Below the pieces are notes generated by a model. It saw nothing but the letters and a program-made list of their open reading frames with translations. It did no database searches and was not told the origin of the DNA. A program made the position numbers and the translations under genes. From the NCBI GenBank assembly GCA_963727455.1, contig CAVSGG010000012.1, forward strand, positions 1 through 64,000: 64,000 bases of DNA, read 5' to 3'. Shown piece by piece: positions 46,094 to 56,414 of the stretch; positions within the stretch are counted from its first letter, which is position 1; the number at the start of each line of letters is the position of its first letter. This DNA is from Candidatus Krumholzibacteriota bacterium (GTDB taxonomy: Bacteria; Krumholzibacteriota; Krumholzibacteriia; JAJRXK01).

Positions 46094-46696
46094 TCACTTC
46101 TTGCGGTGGTAGGTCATTTTCATGTTGGTCATCCAGGTCTTTCCCTGATCCATGGAAACCGACATCTCCCAATACACCTCGTCGTCGCTCTTCTGCTCGC
46201 CCCAGGCCTTCGTCAACTGGGGTTGGCCCATCATAAGGTCCTGGCCGCTCATCATGAGCTTTCCGTCCTTGAAGTCGCCGGTCATCTTGGACATGTGCGC
46301 GGACATCGTATCGATCCAGAACGACTCGTACTGACCCGTTTCGCGATTGAAGGTATCGAAACCGACACCCTTGAAGGGCATGCCCATGAACTCGCTGCTG
46401 AAGTCCATCCTCTGCATGCAGCCGTCGAGGGTGGGGGCCACTGTCGCCTCACCCTTGTAGGGCTGCCAATCGGCGGAAGGATCCGGTTTCACCTGCATGT
46501 CCACCGTCCACTCACCCTGCATGAAGGCGATCTCCTTCATCTGCGCGGGCGGTCCCGCGGGGGGCATGTCCCCCTCTGGCGTATCGTCCTGGGCCAGGAT
46601 CGGGGCAGGGGCCATGCTAAAGATCGCGAGGGTGACGACCGCGAAGATTCGAATCCACGTGGGGCGCGAATCGCGCGCGAAGGTTCGTAGTCGCAT
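46094..46696 (-). CDS. Secreted DUF1579-like beta-barrel protein
   Basis: Signal peptide; GEW, PFKGVG, YESFWIDTM, WEMS...MTY.R. Confidence 0.7.
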   Translation of the reverse strand: MRLRTFARDSRPTWIRIFAVVTLAIFSMAPAPILAQDDTPEGDMPPAGPPAQMKEIAFMQGEWTVDMQVKPDPSADWQPYKGEATVAPTLDGCMQRMDFSSEFMGMPFKGVGFDTFNRETGQYESFWIDTMSAHMSKMTGDFKDGKLMMSGQDLMMGQPQLTKAWGEQKSDDEVYWEMSVSMDQGKTWMTNMKMTYHRKK

Positions 46697-46740
46697 CGAA
46701 ATTACTCCATTCGGCTTGGGGAAACTCAGCCAACTGAACG

Positions 46741-46762
46741 AGTGAGCTTGATTCCGCTCACT
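46741..46762. promoter_or_regulatory. Inverted repeat (operator or terminator) between metH and the DUF1579 gene
   Basis: AGTGAGC-N8-GCTCACT. Confidence 0.4.
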
Positions 46763-46797
46763 TTACATTTCATCTCATACTTTGGCACCGGCTGCAA

Positions 46798-49700
46798 CTA
46801 GGCATTGAAGTAGCGCGCCGCCGGGTGATGAAATACCAGGGCTGAAACGCTGGCTTCCGGACTCATCATGCAGCCCTCGCTCAGCTCCACTCCGATCTCT
46901 TCGGGACGAAGCAAGTGGAACAACTCCCGCTGACCCTCCAAGTCGGGGCACGCGGGATAGCCGAAGCTGTAGCGCTTTCCCCGGTACTTGGCCTGCAGGC
47001 GCTGCGCCATGCTCAACTGCTCTGGATCGGCAAAGCCCCACGCAGCTCTCAACCTTTCGTGCAGCCATTCGGATGCTGCCTCCGCCGTCTCCAGGGCCAG
47101 GGCGGCCAGAACGTGGCTGCGCAGATATTCCCCCTCCTCTTTGAGTTCCGCGCTGCGCTGCAGGATTCCGTCACCCGCGGTGACCAGGAAGAGCGCCAGA
47201 TGATCGCGCTGGCCCTTCTGCGGGGGAACCACGAAATCAGCGAGGCACAGTCCTTCCTTCGTTCTCTGGCGCGGAAATTCCCATTGCGCCAGCGCTTCGC
47301 CTTCCCCGGCGCTTGCGCTCGAAAAGAGCTGAATCACATTGTCGTGAGCTTGCGCCGGAAAGAACTGCCATACCGCCTCCACCCGCATGATTCCCTCGCG
47401 ACACTCGTTCTTCACTTCCTCCACCACTTCTTTCAACATGCGAGCCTTGGGATCGTCCGCCGCCAGCTTCCGCGAGAAATTGCCTTTGAAGCCGAGGTGT
47501 TTGCCATAGAGCATCTGCGGATTGAGATAGGCCCAGATCTCGTCCAGCTTCTCGACCGTCTCCACGTGACGCTCTCCATCGGGGGGCTCGGGAATCGAAT
47601 CCAGAGAGAGGTCTTGCTTCTTGCTTGGTGAAACTTCCGTCTGTGCCGCACTCGTGGACGCCTTCTCGCTACCGCCTCGAGCCGCCAGCGATCTCCTGGT
47701 CCGCTCCTCCTGTTCGGCCACGACCGGTCCAGGACCCTCCCGACCCAAAACCCTCTGAAAGAGATCGAGCCCGCCCATGGCATCTTTTGCATAGAGCGTG
47801 GGTCCCGCGTACGCCGGCGCAATGCGTTCGTGGGTGAAGCGCGCGGAGAGCGCGGCTCCCCCCACGAAGAGCGGCAGCGAAATTTCCGCGGCCTTCAGGT
47901 CCTGCGCGGTCACCACCATCTGCTGCGCACTCTTTACCAAAAGCCCGGAGAGTCCGATGGCAGCCGGCTGCTCTTCCTTCACCGCTTTCACCAGGGCCTC
48001 AGGAGCGACTTTGATCCCCAGATTCACCACCTCGAAACCGTTGTTACTCAGGATGATGTCCACCAGGTTCTTTCCGATGTCGTGCACATCGCCCTTCACC
48101 GTCGCCAGGATCACTTTGCCCCGGCTCGAGCTGCTCGACTTCTCCATAAACTGCTCGAGATGCGTGACCGCCGCCTTCATCGCTTCCGCGCTCTGCAATA
48201 CCTCGGCAACGATGAGTTGGTTGTCGTTGAAGAGCCGGCCCACTTCGGCCATGCCGTCCATCAAGGGGCCATTGATGATGTCCAGGGGATCGCTCTCCTT
48301 GCGCTTTCGCTCCAGATCGTCGACGAGACCCTCTTTGCTGCCGTCGATGATGTAACGCTGCAGTCGCTCGTCGAGCGGCAGCTCGGCCGAAGGCGTGTGC
48401 GACTTGCTCTTGGCGCCGCGGAAGTGCGTGGCAAACGCGGCCACCGGGTCCTCGCTGCGGTTGAAAAGTAGGTCTTCGGCGAGTTTCAGTTCTTCCTCGG
48501 GGATCGAAGCGTATCTCTCGAGGCGCTGACTATTTACGATGGCCAGGTCGAGTCCCGCCTTCGTGCAGTGGTACAAGAAGACCGCGTTCAGGACTTCGCG
48601 TCCCGCCGTGGGCAGTCCGAAACTCACGTTGGAAATGCCAAGGATGGTGCGGCAGTTGGGGAACTCCTCTTTGATGAGGCGCAAGCCCTCGATCGTCTCG
48701 CGCGCACTGCCCACGTAGGCCGCATCCCCGGTTCCACAGGGAAAGGTCAGGGGGTCGAAGATGATGTCCTCGTCGCGCAAACCATACTTTTCGATGAGGA
48801 GCCCGTGACTGCGCCGGGCGATCTCCAGCTTCCTCTGGCGAGTGACCGCCATCCCCTGCTGGGGATCCTCGTCGATGCATCCCACGACCACTGCCGCTCC
48901 GAAGCGCCGTGCCAGTGGCAGAACCTGCTCGAAGCGACTCTCCCCGTCCTCCAGGTTGATCGAATTCAAAATGGACTTGCCCTGGCAGTAGGGCAGCGCG
49001 ATTTCGAATACCGCCTGGTCGGTGGTATCGATCATGAGAGGAAGCTTCACCTTCTTGATGACTTCCTCAAGAAAGGCGCTCATGTTGTGGCGTTCGTCGG
49101 CGTCAGGATCCGCCAGACAGATATCGAGAATCTGGGCGCCCGCTCTGGCCTGAGCCCGCGCGATTTCACTCGCGTCTTCGAATTTGCCGTCGGCGATGAG
49201 TCGCTTGAAACGCCGACTTCCGATGACGTTGGTCCTCTCTCCCACTAGCAGAGGCCGGTTGTCCGCAGTGGACTCCACCAATTCGATTCCTGAATACAGC
49301 GCGCGGGAGTGCTCGGGAATTCTGCGCGGGGCCTTGCCCTTGACCATCTTCGCGATGGCTGCAATGTGCTCAGGAGTCGTGCCACAGCACCCCCCCACCA
49401 AGTTCACCCAACCCTCGTCCACGAAGCGTTCCAGCTCCTTTGCCATCTGGCTCGGCGTTTCGGGATAGTTGCCGTCGGTATCGGGTAGGCCCGCGTTGGG
49501 ATGCACGCTCACTCGGGTTCGCGCGATCTCGCTCATCGAGCGCAACGAGTCGGCCATGAAGGCCGGGCCGGTGGCGCAATTGAGTCCGATGGCGAGAAGA
49601 TCGAAGTGAGCCATGGAGGCCACGAAAGCCTCCGCGCTCTGTCCGGCCAACATGGTGCCGCTGGCCTCGATGGTGCCCGAGAGGATGATCGGCAGCTCGG

Positions 49701-50289
49701 TCCCACTCTCGATGAAGGCGCGCTGACAGCCCAAAACGGCGGCCTTTGCGTTCCGCGAGTCCTGTTGGGTTTCCACCAAGAGCAGGTCGGCGCCGCCCTC
49801 GACGAGTCCCATCGCCTGCTCGAAGAAGTGATCGAGCAGCTCCGTGAAGCTCACGCCTCCGGTGACGCTGATGGCCTTGGTGGTGGGACCCATGCTGCCC
49901 GCGACGAAGCGCGGACTCGTTGCGGAGAACTCCTCGCAGGCCTTGCGCGCCAATTGCGCCGCCTTGCGATTGAGTTCGCGACAACGATCGGCCAGGCCGT
50001 ATTCGGCCAGCACCAGGGGGGTCCCGCCGAAGGTGTCGGTTTCGATGAGCTCCGCGCCCGCTTGGAGATAGCCGCGATGGATCTTTAGGATGAGGTCCGG
50101 CCGAGTCTCGACGAGAATCTCGGGACAGCCTTCCTGTTCCTCTCCGCCGTAGTCTTGTGCGCTCAGCTCGGCGTCTTGGATGGCGGTGCCCATGGCACCG
50201 TCCAAAACGAGGATTCGCTCGGCGAGCAGGTGTCTCAGGAGTGAGGAGGAATCACGGAACTTCACCACAACCTTCCGGACGAGATTCAA
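46798..50289 (-). CDS. metH: Cobalamin-dependent methionine synthase
   Basis: LDGAMGT, GLNCATG, GGCCGT, GERTNV.GS, SNVSFG, KGDVHDIGKN, RYSFGYPACP. Confidence 0.98.
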   Translation of the reverse strand: MNLVRKVVVKFRDSSSLLRHLLAERILVLDGAMGTAIQDAELSAQDYGGEEQEGCPEILVETRPDLILKIHRGYLQAGAELIETDTFGGTPLVLAEYGLADRCRELNRKAAQLARKACEEFSATSPRFVAGSMGPTTKAISVTGGVSFTELLDHFFEQAMGLVEGGADLLLVETQQDSRNAKAAVLGCQRAFIESGTELPIILSGTIEASGTMLAGQSAEAFVASMAHFDLLAIGLNCATGPAFMADSLRSMSEIARTRVSVHPNAGLPDTDGNYPETPSQMAKELERFVDEGWVNLVGGCCGTTPEHIAAIAKMVKGKAPRRIPEHSRALYSGIELVESTADNRPLLVGERTNVIGSRRFKRLIADGKFEDASEIARAQARAGAQILDICLADPDADERHNMSAFLEEVIKKVKLPLMIDTTDQAVFEIALPYCQGKSILNSINLEDGESRFEQVLPLARRFGAAVVVGCIDEDPQQGMAVTRQRKLEIARRSHGLLIEKYGLRDEDIIFDPLTFPCGTGDAAYVGSARETIEGLRLIKEEFPNCRTILGISNVSFGLPTAGREVLNAVFLYHCTKAGLDLAIVNSQRLERYASIPEEELKLAEDLLFNRSEDPVAAFATHFRGAKSKSHTPSAELPLDERLQRYIIDGSKEGLVDDLERKRKESDPLDIINGPLMDGMAEVGRLFNDNQLIVAEVLQSAEAMKAAVTHLEQFMEKSSSSSRGKVILATVKGDVHDIGKNLVDIILSNNGFEVVNLGIKVAPEALVKAVKEEQPAAIGLSGLLVKSAQQMVVTAQDLKAAEISLPLFVGGAALSARFTHERIAPAYAGPTLYAKDAMGGLDLFQRVLGREGPGPVVAEQEERTRRSLAARGGSEKASTSAAQTEVSPSKKQDLSLDSIPEPPDGERHVETVEKLDEIWAYLNPQMLYGKHLGFKGNFSRKLAADDPKARMLKEVVEEVKNECREGIMRVEAVWQFFPAQAHDNVIQLFSSASAGEGEALAQWEFPRQRTKEGLCLADFVVPPQKGQRDHLALFLVTAGDGILQRSAELKEEGEYLRSHVLAALALETAEAASEWLHERLRAAWGFADPEQLSMAQRLQAKYRGKRYSFGYPACPDLEGQRELFHLLRPEEIGVELSEGCMMSPEASVSALVFHHPAARYFNA

Positions 50290-50296
50290 TCGGGGC

Positions 50297-51154
50297 TCAA
50301 AGCGAATCGGCGGGGGCCTGCTCCATCTGGGAGTCGGCCGGCGCCTGCTGCATCTGCGAATCAGGCGCTGCCTGCTCCATCCCCGAGTTGCTGGTCTTCA
50401 CCGAGCTGGTCTCCGAGAGCAAGAACTGATAGAGCTGACCCACTGCACACGCGTTGGCCCGCTTCAACGCCGCCGGCAGAAAGCGCTCCGCCAGCTTCTT
50501 GTCCTCACGCGCCGAGATGGAGATCGCGACATTTCGCTTCTCCGAACCGGTGCAGGTGGTGTTCCACACCACCTCGTTCGTCTGTCGATCGCGGAGTTCG
50601 AGGCGAAGCTCGACGACTCCTTCGGTCTCCGTCGGCAAGGGGATGAAGGTCCCCAGCAACACCCCCACCAAGCCAACCTTGATCCCGTGACCCACGTCGG
50701 CTCCCGCGGCGGCGGCAAAGCCCACTCCCAGACCAGCCAAGAGCGGAACCGCGAACTGCTTGCCGCTTCGCTTGAGCTTGGTCGTCATGCTCAAGACCTG
50801 CGTGTGCAGGAGATAGTCCGCGTTTTCCGGGTTCTGTACCAAGCGGGCCACGCGGGTGTTCAAGATATCTTGCATCAGCGCGCGCCGCACCACACTGGCG
50901 ACGGGAACGTCGAGCTTGTCGTCAGCCGGAAAGCGCAGGCTGACGAAGGCACCCTTCCCCTCGCGCTCCTTCTGCGAGCGCAGGTCCGCCGGTTGCGCCA
51001 CATAGAGCGAGGTTGCCGGCCGCTCGGTGAAGATGTTCGCCGACTCCTTGGGATAGCGGAGGACGACGCTGTAGTGCGAGCAAGCCGCCAGACCTACCAC
51101 GGCGAGCATGAGACCGAGCGAAGCTACGGTGGACTTCCAATTCAAAGGAATCAT
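50297..51154 (-). CDS. Putative lipoprotein (YajG-like)
   Basis: Lipobox LAAC; internal Gly/Ala-rich hydrophobic hairpin; repeated C-terminus. Confidence 0.65.
   Translation of the reverse strand: MIPLNWKSTVASLGLMLAVVGLAACSHYSVVLRYPKESANIFTERPATSLYVAQPADLRSQKEREGKGAFVSLRFPADDKLDVPVASVVRRALMQDILNTRVARLVQNPENADYLLHTQVLSMTTKLKRSGKQFAVPLLAGLGVGFAAAAGADVGHGIKVGLVGVLLGTFIPLPTETEGVVELRLELRDRQTNEVVWNTTCTGSEKRNVAISISAREDKKLAERFLPAALKRANACAVGQLYQFLLSETSSVKTSNSGMEQAAPDSQMQQAPADSQMEQAPADSL
50303..50383 (-). repeat. 3 x 27-bp coding tandem repeat
   Basis: Encodes MEQAAPDSQ MQQAPADSQ MEQAPADSL. Confidence 0.85.
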
Positions 51155-51191
51155 CCCTTCGAAGGAGCGAATCGAAGTTTCCGTGCTTCTC

Positions 51192-51941
51192 TCAGAGCTC
51201 CAGCGCTAGGCCGTCCGAGCCCATGACGATTTCACCGTCGTAGTGATTCCGCACTTCTTGTTCGACAACTCCTGGATCCGTTCGTGGGTACAGGTGCGTG
51301 ATGACGAGTCTCTCCACCTCTGCCGCGCGAGCGATTTGTCCGAGTCGACTGGGCGCCATGTGGGCCGCCTGCGCCTGCGCGTCGGTGAACGAGCATTCGG
51401 AAATCAAGATATTGGCTCCCTTGGCCAGATTCAAGAGGCCCTCACCGCGCTCGGTATCCCCGGTGTAGACCACGCTCTTGCCTTCGGCGTCCACCCGGTA
51501 GCCCAAATTGGCCATGCTGCCGTGGTCCAGAAAGGCCGTTTTGATCTTCGCGCCCCCCTCTTCGAATTCGCATTCTTCCGCTTCCCTCAGGTGCAGGGGA
51601 TAGGGAGGTTCCAGCCATTTCCACCCGCGACGCAAGTTCTCCAGGAGGTTGGCGAGGCCCTCCGGCGCCGTGATGTGCAGGGGCTCACTGCGCGCAGGCT
51701 CCGGTGCATAGCGCAACGCGAATAGCAAGGGTACGATGTCGCAACAGTGATCCGGATGCAGGTGCGTCAGATGCAGGTACTTCAGGGTGAGGGGATCAAG
51801 TCCCGCCTCCGCGTAGCGATTGAGCACACCTCTTCCCATATCGAATCCCAGGATTTCTCCACCGGTTTCGACCACCAAACCCGCCGAGGCCTGTCCGGCC
51901 ACCGGGTGCAGAGTTCCGCTGCCAAGGATGCTTATCTTCAC
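51192..51941 (-). CDS. MBL-fold metallo-hydrolase (RNase Z-like)
   Basis: ILGSG, THLHPDH, YTGDT, ECS, HM, ITHLYP. Confidence 0.9.
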   Translation of the reverse strand: MKISILGSGTLHPVAGQASAGLVVETGGEILGFDMGRGVLNRYAEAGLDPLTLKYLHLTHLHPDHCCDIVPLLFALRYAPEPARSEPLHITAPEGLANLLENLRRGWKWLEPPYPLHLREAEECEFEEGGAKIKTAFLDHGSMANLGYRVDAEGKSVVYTGDTERGEGLLNLAKGANILISECSFTDAQAQAAHMAPSRLGQIARAAEVERLVITHLYPRTDPGVVEQEVRNHYDGEIVMGSDGLALEL

Positions 51942-51958
51942 CTCGATGTTCCTTCCGT

Positions 51959-52726
51959 TTACGCGGAGCGGATTTTGATCTCCGCTCCTACTTGAATTCC
52001 CAGAGCTCTTGCCGCGCTATCGTTCCGCGCCGCCAGCTCTAGGGTTCCACTGCTTCCGATGTAGAGCAAACACTCTCCGGGATCGACTTCGTGGAAACTC
52101 CCACACAGACCCTGAAGAGTTCGATCCCCCAAAGTTACTTGGGGCACCGGAGCGAATCCGCGCAGGACCTCGGCCGGAACTCCGGTGATGAGGTTGCCGA
52201 AGATGTCGACCCAGAGAACGCGGGCGAGGATCGCGTCCGAGAGGCGGCGCCACCAGGGTTCACCGTCTCTCAACTCGCTGATGGGGCTCCCCAGCGCAGC
52301 GAGGGAGTCGCCCGTGGCGAGTCGAGCCGCTGCCACTGCGAAGATGTCCCGGCCATGAAAGGTACTGCTGGGATTGTCCACTGCCAGCTTTTCCACGTCC
52401 AGCTCGACCGCACTGAAGTCCTTATCCTTCAGGAAAGGCGCGAAGAGGCCGTTGTCCGGCCCTACCCAGAATTGGCCACGGGCGCGCAATGCCACCGCGC
52501 GCCGGGTCGAACCCACGCCCGGATCCACCACCGCAAGCTGCACGGTATCGGCCGCGAACAGGCCGGCATTGACGGCGAGCACGAAAGCCCCGCTGCTGAC
52601 CGCCCCGGCCGGGACCCCGTGGCACAGATCCAGTACCACCACCCGGGGCGCCCGCGCGGCCAAGACCGCCTTCACCGCGCCGACATACCAGTCCTTGGTT
52701 CCGAAATCGCTCGTGAATACGATCAT
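51959..52726 (-). CDS. SAM hydroxide adenosyltransferase (DUF62, chlorinase/fluorinase family)
   Basis: FTSDFG, VVDPGVGSTR, GPDNGL, SSTFHGRDIF, DIFGNL. Confidence 0.92.
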   Translation of the reverse strand: MIVFTSDFGTKDWYVGAVKAVLAARAPRVVVLDLCHGVPAGAVSSGAFVLAVNAGLFAADTVQLAVVDPGVGSTRRAVALRARGQFWVGPDNGLFAPFLKDKDFSAVELDVEKLAVDNPSSTFHGRDIFAVAAARLATGDSLAALGSPISELRDGEPWWRRLSDAILARVLWVDIFGNLITGVPAEVLRGFAPVPQVTLGDRTLQGLCGSFHEVDPGECLLYIGSSGTLELAARNDSAARALGIQVGAEIKIRSA

Positions 52727-54834
52727 CTTCGTTCCCCCACCGGCTTGCCCACGAAGCGCACGAGGAGACCCACCGCCAGAAGCGCCACCGGGAGTGAAAT
52801 CCACGGGCTGATGCTGAAACCGGCGGGGAGAGTTCCCAGAAGTACGGTGAGACCGCCCGCGCTGAGGGCATAGGGGATCTGCGTCCGGACATGATCGATG
52901 TGATCGCTCCCTGAGGCCATCGAGGACATGATCGTGGTGTCGCTGATGGGCGAGCAGTGGTCTCCCCAAACCGATCCGCTCAATACGGCGGCGATGCTTG
53001 CCACGAGAATTCCCTGAGCATGCGGCGCCGACAGATGCGCGAGTTCGGGCAATCGGTGTCCCAAGGGAATTACTATGGGCATCAAGATGGCCATGGAGGC
53101 CCAAGAAGTCCCGGTGGAAAATGCGATGAAGGCGGCCACCGCGAAGGTCACGCTCGGCAACAAGTGCGGCGGTAGATTTCCCGTCGTCCAATCCACCACC
53201 ACCGGCCCCGTGCCCAGTTCGGAGCAGACGTCCTTGATGGACCAGGCCAGCACCAGGATGATGAGCGCGGCCATCATCGCCTTGCATCCACCCACCCAGG
53301 CCTCGACCGCGCGGTTCAGGCTGAGGCTCCGGCCCGCTAGGGCCAGCACGATGGCGGAGAGGGATCCCGCGATCGCGGCCCAAAAGAGGGCGCGCGCCGG
53401 ATCGGCATGGGAGAAGAACTCGCGCAAGGGCAGTCCGGCCAAACCGGCGCTACCCAGCTGCGCCAACAACTGTTGACGACCGTCCCAGTAGAGTCCCACC
53501 AGGGAAGCCAAGAGCAGGACCACCACCGGTACCACGGCGCGGTGGGCTCGGGCGTCGGGCGCACCACTTTCGCTGAGCTGCTCCGCCACTTCGTCCATCA
53601 GCGGGCTCGCTCCTTCGCGCACTGCGAGACCCTCGTGCCGCGCGCGTCGCTCCGCTGTGAGCATGGGACCAAAGTCACGATCGAAAATCGCCACCATGAA
53701 CACGAACGCGATGGCCAGCCAGGAGTAGGTGGCGTAGGGAATGCTCTGAATGAAAATGGAGTAGGCGGACCCGCCATCGCTCCCAATCTCCTGCAGTCCT
53801 TCGCGAATGAGACTCACCTGGTAGCCGACCCAGGTGGAGATCAACGCCACCGTGGTTACCGGCGCGGCGGTCGAGTCCACGATGTAGGAGAGCTTCTCCC
53901 GGCTGATGCGCATACGATCGGTGATGGGTCGCATGGTGTTACCCACCACCAGCGTGTTCGTGTAGTCGTCGAAAAAGATGAGCAATCCCAAAAGCCAGGT
54001 CATGACCTGAGCGCTCTTCACCCCGCGGATGAGACGACCCACGAGATCGACCACGCCTTGGGTCCCGCCGCTGCGGGCCATCACTCCAACCATCCCTCCC
54101 ATGCTCGCGGTGAACATGATGATCGTGGCCTGGAAAGGATCCGCGAGCGCACCCACGATGTAGGTGTCCAGGGTGTGCAGGATTCCCAGGAAGGGATCGC
54201 CAACGCTGATCCACGCCCCCACCCAGACTCCCGCCGCCAGAGCGAGGACCACTTGCCGGAAGATGAGGGCAAGCAGGATGGCGAGAATGGGAGGTACGAT
54301 GACCATCCACTGGGGGACCGCGCGCAGGCTTCCCTCGACTTCCTCTCCATCGCTCAGACGAAGGGTGAAGCCCCCGTGTCCTGTCTCCACCAGCACCTCG
54401 TCCAGGACGACGACCCCGTTCTCGTCGCTGTGGACCGTCCAGTTCGAATCGGCCTGCGAGCCGGTCCAGGCTCCGTGCGGAATGATCTCGACGCGCTCAT
54501 CAGCGAGGGCCCGCGCGTGATCGTCGAAGAGCGTGAGCTTCGCCGTGCCCGGACGGCCGTGCAGGATTTTCTTTTCGCCCGAGACTTGCAGGTGCACTCC
54601 CGGACGGCTGATCTCATCGTCGGTGCCTGAAGAGTCGGCCCTAGCGCTCGCGGCATGGGCCGCGCTGAACGCGAAGCAGAGGACGAACACCCACCCCGCG
54701 CGAGTGCATGGGCCAAAGGGCCAAGGAAGGAGCTGCTGCTTCGGCACGTTGCTTTGAGACTCCGGCACTGGGAATGGGACGCAGCTTGAGGGAAGCGCTC
54801 CAAGTCCTTGAGAATTCGATAGCTGCCTGATCAA
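52723..54834 (-). CDS. NhaC family Na+/H+ antiporter-like transporter with N-terminal extracytoplasmic domain; start uncertain
   Basis: IFFDDY, SREKLSYIVDSTAAP, FSTGTSW, GDHCSPISDTT, DHVRTQIPYA. Confidence 0.9.
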   Translation of the reverse strand: MIRQLSNSQGLGALPSSCVPFPVPESQSNVPKQQLLPWPFGPCTRAGWVFVLCFAFSAAHAASARADSSGTDDEISRPGVHLQVSGEKKILHGRPGTAKLTLFDDHARALADERVEIIPHGAWTGSQADSNWTVHSDENGVVVLDEVLVETGHGGFTLRLSDGEEVEGSLRAVPQWMVIVPPILAILLALIFRQVVLALAAGVWVGAWISVGDPFLGILHTLDTYIVGALADPFQATIIMFTASMGGMVGVMARSGGTQGVVDLVGRLIRGVKSAQVMTWLLGLLIFFDDYTNTLVVGNTMRPITDRMRISREKLSYIVDSTAAPVTTVALISTWVGYQVSLIREGLQEIGSDGGSAYSIFIQSIPYATYSWLAIAFVFMVAIFDRDFGPMLTAERRARHEGLAVREGASPLMDEVAEQLSESGAPDARAHRAVVPVVVLLLASLVGLYWDGRQQLLAQLGSAGLAGLPLREFFSHADPARALFWAAIAGSLSAIVLALAGRSLSLNRAVEAWVGGCKAMMAALIILVLAWSIKDVCSELGTGPVVVDWTTGNLPPHLLPSVTFAVAAFIAFSTGTSWASMAILMPIVIPLGHRLPELAHLSAPHAQGILVASIAAVLSGSVWGDHCSPISDTTIMSSMASGSDHIDHVRTQIPYALSAGGLTVLLGTLPAGFSISPWISLPVALLAVGLLVRFVGKPVGERR

Positions 54835-54871
54835 TCCGGAAGTGTAACGGAGGATCCGAAGGGGTCAAGTC

Positions 54872-55786
54872 TCAGCTTCTTCCGCCCCGCTCTCCGTGCG
54901 CGTGGTCCTCTTGGGAGCTGGAAGGGTGCAGTGGGACCGGCCCCAAGTGCGGCTCGCCCAGGGGCCAGCGCTCGGGTTCTTGGTGGGCGTCGCGCAGCAT
55001 TCCCAAGAGCTGCGGGTGTAAGGCGGGACCCGCCGCCGCAATCCGTCCTCCCCAGAGAAAATCGTTCTCTCCCCGGTAGTCGCTGACGCGCGCTCCCGCC
55101 TCCTGGGCGATCAACGCGCCCGCCGCCACGTCCCAGGGCTTGAGGGTGGCTTCCCAAAAGCCGTCGAGACGGCCAGCCGCCAGGTAGCACAGGTCGAGAG
55201 CTGCGCTGCCGCCGCGCCGCACCCCCTGCGCCGTGGTCAAGGCCTCCGCCACGCATCGGAGGTTCATGCGGCAGGTGGAATCGCGGCGATAGGGAAATCC
55301 GGTCGCGAGCAGAGCGGTTTTCAACTCGTCGCAGGGACGCAATCGCAAGGGGTGAGGTTTGCGCCGCTTCCGTGGGTTTTCCAGACTGGCTCCCTCACCG
55401 CGGGTCGCCAGAAACAATTCGTCGAGTGCCGGGGCGTAGACCACACCGGCCACTGGAGTGCCCTTTCGCCAGCCTCCGATGGAGATGGCGTGGAACGGGT
55501 GGCCATGGACGAAGTTGGTAGTGCCGTCGAGGGGGTCCACGTACCAGCAGTCCTTTCCCTCCACCACATCGCGCGCACTCCCCTCCTCGCTGAAAACCGA
55601 CCAATCGGGAAAGCGCTGGCGCAAACTCTCCACCAGAATCTCTTCGATGCGCAAGTCGACTTCGGTAACCAAGTCCACCGGACCTTTGGTGGTTACATTC
55701 AGGTCTTTGCGCGCGTGCGTGACTTCGCGCCCCGCGAAGAGAACGAGTTCTCTCAAGAATGACCGGAACTCCGCGCCGCTCGTCAT
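54872..55786 (-). CDS. suhB: Inositol monophosphatase family protein
   Basis: DLVTEVD, SEE, VDPLDGTTNF, GSAALDL, WDVAAG. Confidence 0.92.
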   Translation of the reverse strand: MTSGAEFRSFLRELVLFAGREVTHARKDLNVTTKGPVDLVTEVDLRIEEILVESLRQRFPDWSVFSEEGSARDVVEGKDCWYVDPLDGTTNFVHGHPFHAISIGGWRKGTPVAGVVYAPALDELFLATRGEGASLENPRKRRKPHPLRLRPCDELKTALLATGFPYRRDSTCRMNLRCVAEALTTAQGVRRGGSAALDLCYLAAGRLDGFWEATLKPWDVAAGALIAQEAGARVSDYRGENDFLWGGRIAAAGPALHPQLLGMLRDAHQEPERWPLGEPHLGPVPLHPSSSQEDHAHGERGGRS

Positions 55787-55805
55787 CGATCTTCCAACCC
55801 CTTCC

Positions 55806-56378
55806 TCATTCTTCTTCGCACAATGCCAAGAGAGCCCCCTTCGCCAACTGGGCTTCGAAGACTTCGAGCGTGCAGTCCTCTCGCTCCCACGCGCGCGGCG
55901 GCAGACCGGCCTTCCGCGTCAGTGCATGCAAGAAGCCCTCACGATCCAGTCGGTGCTCGATCGCAACCTGCGGCAGAAGGAGTCCGCGACGCCCCTTGCA
56001 ACTGAGGATGAGCCCGTGCCGCCCCAGCTTGATGTCCTTCGGAGCGATCGGCTGGCTGTCGCTGAGAACGGAGAGCTCGATGGCGATCTCGCCGAGAGCG
56101 TCGGCGGGAATCCTCTCGAAACGGGAATCGTCGAGCGCCGCTGCCCGCGCCGCCTCCCCCACCGTCAGCCAAAGCGACATGGGAGACTCGACATAACCGA
56201 TGCAACCGGCGAGTGCGCCCCCGCGTGTGAGGGTTACGAACGCTCCGCCCTTCGCTTCCATCTCTTCCTCCGGACAGCTCTCCTGAGGCAGTTCTTCTCC
56301 GCGTAGACACGCAGCACAAACGCGCGCCGCGCGCCGCAAGAGAATTCGCAAGTGATACTCGCTCAAAAGCGCAGACAA
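55806..56378 (-). CDS. amrA: AmmeMemoRadiSam system protein A (AMMECR1 domain)
   Basis: GAFVTL...LAGCIG, AALDDSRF, IELSVLS, GRHGL, LLPQVA, KAGL. Confidence 0.88.
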   Translation of the reverse strand: MSALLSEYHLRILLRRAARVCAACLRGEELPQESCPEEEMEAKGGAFVTLTRGGALAGCIGYVESPMSLWLTVGEAARAAALDDSRFERIPADALGEIAIELSVLSDSQPIAPKDIKLGRHGLILSCKGRRGLLLPQVAIEHRLDREGFLHALTRKAGLPPRAWEREDCTLEVFEAQLAKGALLALCEEE

Positions 56379-56414
56379 GGTCCTACTCCCAACTCACATT
56401 TCCTCGCGGCGGGT

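Noticed and set aside
46749-46762. lac-operator-like sequence (gtgagcggaatcaa on the - strand) suggesting vector contamination
   Set aside because: Only a partial match and no other vector sequence
51959-52726. Fluorinase/chlorinase
   Set aside because: Motifs (DPGVG..R, TFHGRD) match the common DUF62 hydrolase; no halometabolite cluster nearby
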